Source: an uncultured Chitinophagales bacterium (GTDB lineage Bacteria > Bacteroidota > Ignavibacteria > UBA10030 > UBA6906). Taken from it: 64,000 nt of DNA. The stretch lies in NCBI GenBank assembly GCA_964495695.1, contig CAZBWR010000011.1, positions 1,032 to 65,031 on the forward strand, written 5' to 3'. Every line of letters starts with the position of its first letter. The stretch's first letter is position 1. Below are positions 56,214 to 64,000 of the stretch, in pieces. Made by a program: the position numbers and the translations under genes. The notes under the pieces were generated by a model that did no database searches, had not been told where the DNA came from, and worked only from the letters and a program-made list of their open reading frames with translations.

Positions 56214-58793
56214 ATGACAGCCACACGAACATTTATCGTCATTGCCGCGTTGCTATTCCCTTTCGCAGGCGGATGTGAGCGGGACATGACGCTGGAGCGG
56301 GAACGCGCTGCGGAAGTATTTGAACGAGCAAAGGACGCTATCCAGCGAAATGACCATCAGGACAGCCGCCGCCTCTTGCTGGAAGTGGCACGTCTTGACA
56401 ACAAACTCGGAAACCGGGCGCGACTTGCCGAAACGCTTGTTCTGCTCTCGGAGAATTACACTGCAGGTGGACGTTTCGATTCGGCCGCCCAGCTCGCTTC
56501 GGAGGCGCAGGCACTGTACGCGAGGCTTGGTGACAAGCCGGGTGTTCGGACGGCTGTGCTCGCCCTTGCGCGTGTGCACGAACTGTGCGGTGAGGCGGAG
56601 GAAGCGTATGCGCTTCTGCTTGGCGCATTGCAGGTTGAAGAGGCTCTTGGTAACCGCTTTGCGGCCCAGGAGTTGAAGTGGAAGATCATTCCCGTTGCGC
56701 GGAGTGCGGGTAATCCGGAGGCGGAGCGCCGGTATCTGAAGCAACTCATCGCGGAATACTCCTCTTCGGGCGACCGGATGAAGCAAGCGCGTGCGATCTA
56801 TGAACTGGGTGTTTCGTTTCTTTCTGCAAACCAGATACAATCGGCACGCAAACATTTCGGTGATGCCCGCGTACTTGCGCAGACCGGTTCTGACACTCTT
56901 CTCGTTATAGAAATCATGCAGATGCAGGGAGTGACCGCGCGGAGAGAGGGGAATGTCTCTCAATCATTGCGTCATTATTCAGAGGCAATGCGCCTGTCGG
57001 ACGCTACGCGGGGTGCCCAACGCGTTCGCGAAGAGCTGTTGCTGCGCGCCGGTAATCTTCTACTCGAACAGCAGCGGTATGCGGATGCAATAAAGTACTA
57101 CAACGTGGCACTGAGGTCGGCGATCCGGACCCAGCACAGACTCGTTGAGGCATACGCATTGCTTCAACTCGGCCATTGCAGTTCCGGCTTGAATAGCGAC
57201 AACGCTCGGAAGGAATACGAGGCAGGCGCAGAGTTGATGGCGCATATCGGCATTCCGGCAGCCAACGCGTACGCCGCCGCCTGTCTGGGACGTCATGCCT
57301 TGGCAAGTGGTCAGCCGTCGCGTGCTTTGGAGTACTTCCAACAGGCTGTGGAGGCGTTTGATTCGTCCCTCTCTGCCTGGGGACCGCTTGATGTGTTTAC
57401 CGAATGCGAGGAGACCCTTTTCGGCGAGGACAAATCAACGCCGTACGATGATCTTGTCGGGATGTATCTCCAACTCGGCAAGGCGGAAGATGCCTTCCTT
57501 GCGGCCGGGCGGAACAATCGGACAGATTTGCTTCGGAACATCAGCCGTTTGAGGATTCGATTGCGCAGCGCATCAGCAACGGCCGGGCTTGCAAGCTACC
57601 GAAAACTACTCGGCATGTACGGAGGTGTCGAACGCCAACTCGCCGTTGCCTTTTCGGAGCGTGCTGAATCCATTCCACTGACTGCAGAGTTACGACAATC
57701 TCTTCGCACGACGCGCATGCGTCTGCGAGACAAAGGGGATTCCCTCGTGGTTACGCTCAAGGCGTTCCGGGAGATTCTTGCACCATCCCACCCGACTCTT
57801 GCGGAGATTCAGCAAAAGATTCCTATTGATGCTGTTCTGATTGCGTATCATCCAGGCCCGCGTTCGCTCCACATCTTTACCGTCTCCCGAAACAGTTTTA
57901 GCAGTGATATCGGGGCTGTCGGGCGGGAAGCCCTGCAGACGATGATTGGCTCGCATCTCGCCAATCTGCAACGGCTGGCTAAGGTCGAAGCAGATATCCC
58001 GCAAAAGGACAAGAATGAACTGGCCGAGCAGACGATCAAATTGTATGCGGCGATGTTACTTCCCGCTGAGCATCATATCCGTGAGACGGGAAGATTGATC
58101 GTTATGCTGCCGGCAGATATGCCGCTCGTTCCCCTGCATATCCTTTCAAGGGACAAACTTTCCGGTCCGGTCTTGGAGAAGCATGCTGTCAGATACATTT
58201 CAGATGCGGGCATGCTGGCAGGGTCCGGGAAGCGCGTTGGTGCATCTCCAACGGGAGTGGCGTTTGGCAACAGAGGCGCTACAGCTTGGGATGTTGATTA
58301 CGAGTTGAGTGATGTGCGGATCTTTGTCAAAGAATCCCGGTTCTACATTGACAACCTTGCGATGGTTTCGGCGTTACGCAATGCGGAGGGGGATGTGTTG
58401 CACGCAGTACTGGATATCCGGAGCAATTGGAGGCATCCCTACCGGTCGTATTTCATTCTGAATAGCGGTCCCGGATATGCATCGTTGCAGTATCGCCGCT
58501 TCGGAGAACTCTTTTCAATGGCTCCGTTTCCCAACATCATTCTTTCCAATATTTCCGAGGTCCAGCTTCACCCCATTGTGCCGCGGATCTTCCACATCAA
58601 CGGTACGTCCGACATTGTGTTGAATTGCTTTGTTCCCTCACGCAAAGCGAAGAAGCAGTTTGCAGAATTGTATTATTCTCTGCTTCTATCGGGAAACCCG
58701 GTTGAACAGTCCGTCAGGCAGGCGGCGTTGATGATGCGGCAGAATCCGGAGTTTGCCGATCCCCGTGCATGGGGGGCATTCATGGTGTGGTAA
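56214..58793 (+). CDS. Lipoprotein with TPR repeats and a C-terminal CHAT domain, catalytic dyad degenerate
   Basis: Lipobox FAGGC and helical repeats. CHAT landmarks LAEIQQKI..., LLPA...RLIVM...LVPLHIL, DPRAWGAF. HxxxHG reads HAVLDI and LSAC reads LSNI. Confidence 0.8.
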   Translation: MTATRTFIVIAALLFPFAGGCERDMTLERERAAEVFERAKDAIQRNDHQDSRRLLLEVARLDNKLGNRARLAETLVLLSENYTAGGRFDSAAQLASEAQALYARLGDKPGVRTAVLALARVHELCGEAEEAYALLLGALQVEEALGNRFAAQELKWKIIPVARSAGNPEAERRYLKQLIAEYSSSGDRMKQARAIYELGVSFLSANQIQSARKHFGDARVLAQTGSDTLLVIEIMQMQGVTARREGNVSQSLRHYSEAMRLSDATRGAQRVREELLLRAGNLLLEQQRYADAIKYYNVALRSAIRTQHRLVEAYALLQLGHCSSGLNSDNARKEYEAGAELMAHIGIPAANAYAAACLGRHALASGQPSRALEYFQQAVEAFDSSLSAWGPLDVFTECEETLFGEDKSTPYDDLVGMYLQLGKAEDAFLAAGRNNRTDLLRNISRLRIRLRSASATAGLASYRKLLGMYGGVERQLAVAFSERAESIPLTAELRQSLRTTRMRLRDKGDSLVVTLKAFREILAPSHPTLAEIQQKIPIDAVLIAYHPGPRSLHIFTVSRNSFSSDIGAVGREALQTMIGSHLANLQRLAKVEADIPQKDKNELAEQTIKLYAAMLLPAEHHIRETGRLIVMLPADMPLVPLHILSRDKLSGPVLEKHAVRYISDAGMLAGSGKRVGASPTGVAFGNRGATAWDVDYELSDVRIFVKESRFYIDNLAMVSALRNAEGDVLHAVLDIRSNWRHPYRSYFILNSGPGYASLQYRRFGELFSMAPFPNIILSNISEVQLHPIVPRIFHINGTSDIVLNCFVPSRKAKKQFAELYYSLLLSGNPVEQSVRQAALMMRQNPEFADPRAWGAFMVW

Positions 58794-58794
58794 G

Positions 58795-59670
58795 CTACTC
58801 GCGGCGGATACGAACGCTTCCGAGTCCTGCCTCGATGCGGACATTGACGCGGTGGGCGGCGCTTGCGTAATTGTCCGAAAAGTAAAGGTTCTCCCCGCTT
58901 GAGAAGATCCCCTTTCCGTAATCAATCCGCGAGACGATACTCTTCTCGTAGAATATTCTCGCCCCGACTTCTTTGGGGAGATAGATGGTGCAAAGGCCGA
59001 GTCCGACGGCAATGTCGATATCCGCATCGTGCTTGATTGTACCGCTGAAATCAAGCGTCGCTGTTCCCAGTCCCCCCTCGAACCGGAAGCGTTTGAAATT
59101 GGCGTTGCCGAGATTGCGCCCCTCAAATTTTCCGACACCGCATTCGATATTCAGTTCATTCATCTGTATCGTGTTGGGCTTGTCGAATGAGATCGTCACA
59201 TCGCTGGCGCCGCACGAGAGGTTGAAATCCTTCACCTGCAAGTCTGTAAGATCAAAATCAACCCGAGAGACTCCCAGTTCGACATCGAAGGTGATCGGAA
59301 TAGCGTTGCTGAAGTTGAGAACCCAATTGCCGCTCCCGAGACGGGAGACGTTGAACGAACCTTTCCGTCGGCCTTCTTCGACTCGCCCCGGCTCGAATGC
59401 GATATCAAGATAACCGACGCGATTGCGGATGCTGTAATCGTACGTAAATGGGATCGCGTCCTTCTCCGCCCCTGCGGTCCGGCCGATCACAATTTTCTCC
59501 GGTTCGCCCCTTGCGATTGCGAGTCTGCCGAACGACGACGAGATAACAACCTTCACCTCACGCTCAGTAGTTCTGCCGATTTCGCGGGTAATGCCTTGGG
59601 GCGGTTGAGCACTAACAGAGGCTACTCCGAATGCCAGTGCGGCTACGATATGGAAGGTTGTAGATTTCAT
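58795..59670 (-). CDS. Secreted beta-rich DUF2154/LiaF-like (toast-rack) protein
   Basis: Signal peptide. Repeating xGxG..hDh beta-motifs (ELGVSRVDFDLTDL, EGGLGTATLDF, EAGLGSVRI). Confidence 0.65.
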   Translation of the reverse strand: MKSTTFHIVAALAFGVASVSAQPPQGITREIGRTTEREVKVVISSSFGRLAIARGEPEKIVIGRTAGAEKDAIPFTYDYSIRNRVGYLDIAFEPGRVEEGRRKGSFNVSRLGSGNWVLNFSNAIPITFDVELGVSRVDFDLTDLQVKDFNLSCGASDVTISFDKPNTIQMNELNIECGVGKFEGRNLGNANFKRFRFEGGLGTATLDFSGTIKHDADIDIAVGLGLCTIYLPKEVGARIFYEKSIVSRIDYGKGIFSSGENLYFSDNYASAAHRVNVRIEAGLGSVRIRRE

Positions 59671-59719
59671 GGCTGCATTCTGATACGCCCGTTTCGCCGC
59701 TTAGTTGCGATATAGTGTC

Positions 59720-60436
59720 TCAATAATGGCGTATGCGGTCCTTGAGCGATTTGTAGAGCATTTCACGTGCACGGAAGATGTGAGCCTTGACGGTGCCGAT
59801 CGGAAGGTTCAACTCATCGGCGATTTCCTCGTAACTCTTTTCTTCGACGTGACGTAGGTGAATTACCTTATGGTATTTCTCAGGGAGCTCTTCAATGGCG
59901 GCCCGCAGCATCTTCGTGCGCTGCCCGGATATCATCTCCTTGTCAGGTTCGTAGGTATCGTCCGGAAGCTCAAATGAGTATTCCCCGTCTTTTGATTCGA
60001 TGGGTTTGTCAATGGAATAGGTTTGCAGCTTGCGCTTCCGGATGTAATCGATGCAGTTGTTTGTCGCAATCTTGTAGAGCCAGGTGCTAAAGGCATACTC
60101 CTCGTTGAAGCTCGCAAGAGAGGCAAAAGCCTTTATGAATGCCTCTTGCGTGAGGTCTTCCACCTGCTGCTTGTCGTGAATCATTCTGTAGATGAAGTTG
60201 TAAATGGGGTCGCGATACTTCTTCATCAGCTTTTTGTAGGCCGTGTTGTTCCCTTTGAGGGCGGCGTGGATGAGGCGCGAGTCTTCGGCACGAGACTCGG
60301 CCTTCTGTTGCTCTTTCGTGTCGAGGTCGGTGGATGGTGAGGCGGGGGAATTCCTTGTATGTTGGTCGCCATCCTGCGCTTGGCCTTGGGGCTGCTTCGC
60401 AGCGGGGCGACTCGACGAACCTGCGCGCTTTGACAT
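59720..60436 (-). CDS. ECF sigma factor (RpoE/SigW-like)
   Basis: EDLTQEAFIKAF, FSTWLYKIATN region 2; SYEEIADELNLPIGTVKAHIFRAR region 4. Start uncertain. Confidence 0.95.
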   Translation of the reverse strand: MSKRAGSSSRPAAKQPQGQAQDGDQHTRNSPASPSTDLDTKEQQKAESRAEDSRLIHAALKGNNTAYKKLMKKYRDPIYNFIYRMIHDKQQVEDLTQEAFIKAFASLASFNEEYAFSTWLYKIATNNCIDYIRKRKLQTYSIDKPIESKDGEYSFELPDDTYEPDKEMISGQRTKMLRAAIEELPEKYHKVIHLRHVEEKSYEEIADELNLPIGTVKAHIFRAREMLYKSLKDRIRHY

Positions 60437-60591
60437 TGAGCGGGTAAGTGAGACTTCTTTTCGCTGATTACACGGGCAAAGTAGTGAAAACACGCCTAAG
60501 TAGCAATTGATTCGGGCATCTGAAATATGTATGTTGACAACAACAACGCATCGCACCATAAGAGTGTGGCGGTGCACGCAAAGGAAACGGC

Positions 60592-61221
60592 ATGTTCATC
60601 ACATTCGAAGGGCTCGACTTCAGCGGTAAGTCCACGCAAGCCCGGCTGCTGGTAGAGAAACTGAAACGCAGCGACCGCACAGTACATTTCTTACGCGAGC
60701 CGGGGGGCACCGCAATCTCCGAAGCTATCCGCACAGTTCTCCTCGACACGAAACACCTCGATATGACAGAAGCCGCCGAGATTCTGCTCTTTTCGGCAAG
60801 CAGGGCACAACTCGTCGCGCAAGTTGTCCGGCCCGCGCTCGCAAAAGGCGAAGTTGTGGTTTGCGACCGGTACTGCGATTCAACGACTGCATATCAGGGC
60901 TACGGGCGGGGTTTGGATCTCGACGCAGTTCAGTCCATCAACACATTCGCAACCGGCGGGACGATGCCTGACGTGACATTCCTGGTTGAAATTCCCATCG
61001 ATGAAATTGAGAGAAGAAAAATCAGCGCCGGCCTTTCATTTGACCGCATGGAAAGTTCCGGGCGGGACTTCTACGAACGCGTAGCGGAGGGATACCGCAC
61101 ACTGGCGCGCAGCGAGCCTGACCGCTGGCATACGATAAACGGAACGAAGAGAGTCCAGGAAATTGAAGATGAAATCTGGAAGAGAGTCGAGCCCGCATTA
61201 CTACGGCAGACAGTACGATAA
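60592..61221 (+). CDS. tmk: Thymidylate kinase
   Basis: FITFEGLDFSGKST, REPGGT, CDRY, AYQGYGRG. Confidence 0.98.
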   Translation: MFITFEGLDFSGKSTQARLLVEKLKRSDRTVHFLREPGGTAISEAIRTVLLDTKHLDMTEAAEILLFSASRAQLVAQVVRPALAKGEVVVCDRYCDSTTAYQGYGRGLDLDAVQSINTFATGGTMPDVTFLVEIPIDEIERRKISAGLSFDRMESSGRDFYERVAEGYRTLARSEPDRWHTINGTKRVQEIEDEIWKRVEPALLRQTVR

Positions 61222-61255
61222 GAACGTTGAAGTGAAAACACAGAGGGAGAAGTGC

Positions 61256-62920
61256 ATGCAATATCTGAGGAAACACAGCCGTTTCGCATTAATCGCGCTC
61301 ACGCTTGTAGTGTTCGTTGCCGGAGCCGGGTTCACGACGCTGCAGGAGGGTGATTTCTACTTCAAGATCAACAAGAGCATTGATCTTTTCGGGCAAGTGT
61401 ACAAGGAAATTGCCTCGAACTATGTTGATGAAGTCGATCCAGAAAAATTCATGCGGGCAGGCATAGATGGCATGCTCGGCACGCTCGATCCTTATACAGT
61501 TTTCATTGACAAGGAAGACGGTGACGAAGTTGATCTTCTCACCAACGGAAAGTACGGCGGCATCGGCGTAACGATAGGTGTCAGGGAGGGAGCGATCCAG
61601 ATCATTACAGTGATGGATGGTTATTCAGCGTCGCGCGCCGGTATTCTCCCCGGCGACAAGATTGTAGAGGTTGACGGAGTGCCTGTGGTGTCAAAGCGCC
61701 CTGACGATGTACGGTCGTTGACGCGGGGTGAACCCGGAACAGAAGTAAAAGTCCTTGTCGACCGGGAAGGAGAGAAGAAGCCCTTGCTCTTCGTGTTGAT
61801 ACGTGAGGAGATTCAGGTAAAGAATGTCACATACGCCGATCTCCTTCCCGACGGCGTGGCCTATGTTCGTCTTGAGCGCTTTTCGCGCAGAGCTGGCGAT
61901 GAATTGCGCCAGGCTATCAGAGACATCAGAATCAAGGGTGATATCAAGGCGTTCGTGCTTGACCTTCGTGGAAACCCCGGTGGATTGCTCGATGCGGCTG
62001 TTGACGTTACCAGCAAATTCGTTTCGAAGGGCAGCCTTGTTGTCTCAACCAAGGGCCGGAAGGCGGAATCCGAGAAGCAGTACACCTCCATCGAAGAGCC
62101 GATGCTTCCGGATGTGCCCCTCGTAGTTCTTACCAACCGGAGCAGCGCAAGCGCCAGTGAGATTGTGGCGGGTGCCGTACAGGATCTCGACCGCGGTCTC
62201 GTCTTAGGGACGCGCAGTTTCGGGAAGGGATTGGTACAAACAATTCAGCGCCTGAACTACGACGCGCAATTGAAGATTACCACGGCCCGCTACTATACGC
62301 CGAGCGGGCGCAGCATCCAGGAGATCGACTATATGCACAAAGACAAGAACGGGGTCTTCGCGACCGTGCCGGACAGCCTCCGCCGTGCATATAAGACGAA
62401 AGCAGGGAGAACCGTTTACGAATACGGCGGCATCACGCCGGACTCCCTTGTCGAGCCGCAGGACCCGGGCCCGATGGTGCGCGAGCTGTACCGGAAATCC
62501 CTCTTTTTCAAGTTTACGAACAAGTACTTTGCAGAGCATAAAGGGGAGCAGTTCGCCGGGGTAAACGATGGGGTCATGTCGGAGTTCAAGAAATTTCTCG
62601 ATGACCAGAAGTTCGACTACAAAGAAGAAAGTGATGGCAAGGTCGCCGAGTTACGGCAGATTGCTGAACGCTCCCACTTCAGCAGAGAGGTTTTGGCTGA
62701 TCTCGATCTGCTCTCTACGGCTCTTGAGAAGGAGAAGGAGCGGGGCTTTGAACGGTACAAGGATCATATCAGGCGGGAATTAAATATCGAAATGACAGCC
62801 AGGATAAAAGGTGAACAGGGTCGGATAAAGGCCTCCCTCGCGGGCGATAAGCAGCTTGAGACGGCACTGTCTGCCCTCAAGAAACCCGATGTTTTTCAGA
62901 AGAAATTAAAGCGGGGCTGA
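61256..62920 (+). CDS. ctpA: S41A carboxyl-terminal processing protease (PDZ)
   Basis: LDPYT, YGGIG, DLRGNPGGLL, SASASEI, SFGKGLVQ. Confidence 0.93.
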   Translation: MQYLRKHSRFALIALTLVVFVAGAGFTTLQEGDFYFKINKSIDLFGQVYKEIASNYVDEVDPEKFMRAGIDGMLGTLDPYTVFIDKEDGDEVDLLTNGKYGGIGVTIGVREGAIQIITVMDGYSASRAGILPGDKIVEVDGVPVVSKRPDDVRSLTRGEPGTEVKVLVDREGEKKPLLFVLIREEIQVKNVTYADLLPDGVAYVRLERFSRRAGDELRQAIRDIRIKGDIKAFVLDLRGNPGGLLDAAVDVTSKFVSKGSLVVSTKGRKAESEKQYTSIEEPMLPDVPLVVLTNRSSASASEIVAGAVQDLDRGLVLGTRSFGKGLVQTIQRLNYDAQLKITTARYYTPSGRSIQEIDYMHKDKNGVFATVPDSLRRAYKTKAGRTVYEYGGITPDSLVEPQDPGPMVRELYRKSLFFKFTNKYFAEHKGEQFAGVNDGVMSEFKKFLDDQKFDYKEESDGKVAELRQIAERSHFSREVLADLDLLSTALEKEKERGFERYKDHIRRELNIEMTARIKGEQGRIKASLAGDKQLETALSALKKPDVFQKKLKRG

Positions 62921-62966
62921 AAGATGCCCCGATCCATTGAGATTAAGCATTCTTCATCCGCTGCCG

Positions 62967-62995
62967 TTGCATCTTTACGGGCGAATTACTATCTT
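62967..62995 (+). promoter_or_regulatory. sigma70 promoter of rplU-rpmA
   Basis: TTGCAT-N17-TATCTT. Confidence 0.7.
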
Positions 62996-63045
62996 CTACT
63001 CCCTCAAAATTCAGGAATGAGTAGTCTTTTTCTATAGGAAATTCG

Positions 63046-63357
63046 ATGTACGCAGTAGTCGACATTGCCGGCAAGCAATTCAAAGTCGCCCAGGACGACA
63101 AAATCCTCGTCCCTACCCTCAAGCAGGACAAAGGGACAAAAATCACGTTTGACAAAGTGTTGCTGCTCGGCGGCGACAAAGAAGTGAACGTCGGCAACCC
63201 GACCGTGGCCGGTGCCAGCGTGCAAGCCACCGTGCTGGATCATGTTCAGGGTGACAAAGTGATCGTGTTCAAGAAAAAGCGCCGCAAGGGATACCGTGTG
63301 AAGCGGGGTCACCGGCAGGCATACACGCAAGTTCAAATTACCAAAATCGGGAAGTAG
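63046..63357 (+). CDS. rplU: 50S ribosomal protein L21
   Basis: [26 protein letters not shown]. Confidence 0.99.
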   Translation: MYAVVDIAGKQFKVAQDDKILVPTLKQDKGTKITFDKVLLLGGDKEVNVGNPTVAGASVQATVLDHVQGDKVIVFKKKRRKGYRVKRGHRQAYTQVQITKIGK

Positions 63358-63359
63358 CC

Positions 63360-63617
63360 ATGGCACATAAAAAAGGTGTTGGAAGTTCGCGCAACGGACG
63401 CGACAGCAATGCGCAACGCCTCGGCGTGAAACGGTTCGGGGGCGAAATGGTGACAGCTGGGAGTATCATTGTGCGGCAGCGCGGCACACGGTTCCGTCCG
63501 GGACAGAATGTCGGGGTTGGGGGCGATGACACGCTCTTTGCAACTTCCGACGGCGTTGTCCATTTCAAGAAGTACAGCAAGTCAAACAAAATCGTCAGCG
63601 TACTTCCGAAGAACTGA
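63360..63617 (+). CDS. rpmA: 50S ribosomal protein L27
   Basis: [23 protein letters not shown]. Confidence 0.99.
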   Translation: MAHKKGVGSSRNGRDSNAQRLGVKRFGGEMVTAGSIIVRQRGTRFRPGQNVGVGGDDTLFATSDGVVHFKKYSKSNKIVSVLPKN

Positions 63618-63631
63618 GTGTTTCAGTCAGG

Positions 63632-63670
63632 CAGCCCGCCACTTTGGCGGGCTGTTCTGTGTTGTTCCTT
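63632..63670 (+). terminator. Intrinsic terminator after rpmA
   Basis: CAGCCCGCC-ACTTT-GGCGGGCTG followed by a T-rich tract. Confidence 0.75.
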
Positions 63671-63713
63671 CCCTTCTGATCTTTTCAATCCGCAGTAAGC
63701 ATTCTCAAACTGA

Positions 63714-64000
<287 letters not shown>

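Overview
Mostly core chromosome of a diderm bacterium, most likely from the Ignavibacteria/Chlorobi/Bacteroidota (FCB) group. This is inferred from the alternative GlmU-type gene, a PASTA-bearing FtsI, a split atp operon lacking atpD/atpC, and an LDH-like mdh. The window opens inside an AT-rich restriction-modification-like island (C5 methyltransferase plus a PD-(D/E)xK nuclease), followed by a decayed partial copy of the neighbouring NmrA-type gene. An accessory/housekeeping mix follows: diheme cytochrome c, OmpA with Ca-binding repeats, a small Zn-ribbon gene, a cdd-atl-WYL / ABM-tag alkylation-repair locus, FKBP and a GT-C/TPR protein. Next come mnmE-mnmG-rsmG-murQ-mfd with two parS sites, the dcw cluster (mraZ to ftsZ), and an M23-bactofilin-atpZIBEFHAG unit on the minus strand. 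The window ends with thrABC, a TPR-CHAT lipoprotein, an ECF sigma unit, tmk, an S41 protease, rplU-rpmA and partial mdh. Most notable: an intact mini-MurB lacking all catalytic motifs in the murB slot; a WYL regulator with a PafBC-like TGTCAC-N10-TATCTT promoter in front of tag; a catalytically dead exported CHAT protein; and a cell-shape module apparently co-transcribed with ATP synthase genes. No tRNA, rRNA, CRISPR array or transposase was recognised. All calls are from motif reading by eye; no searches were run.
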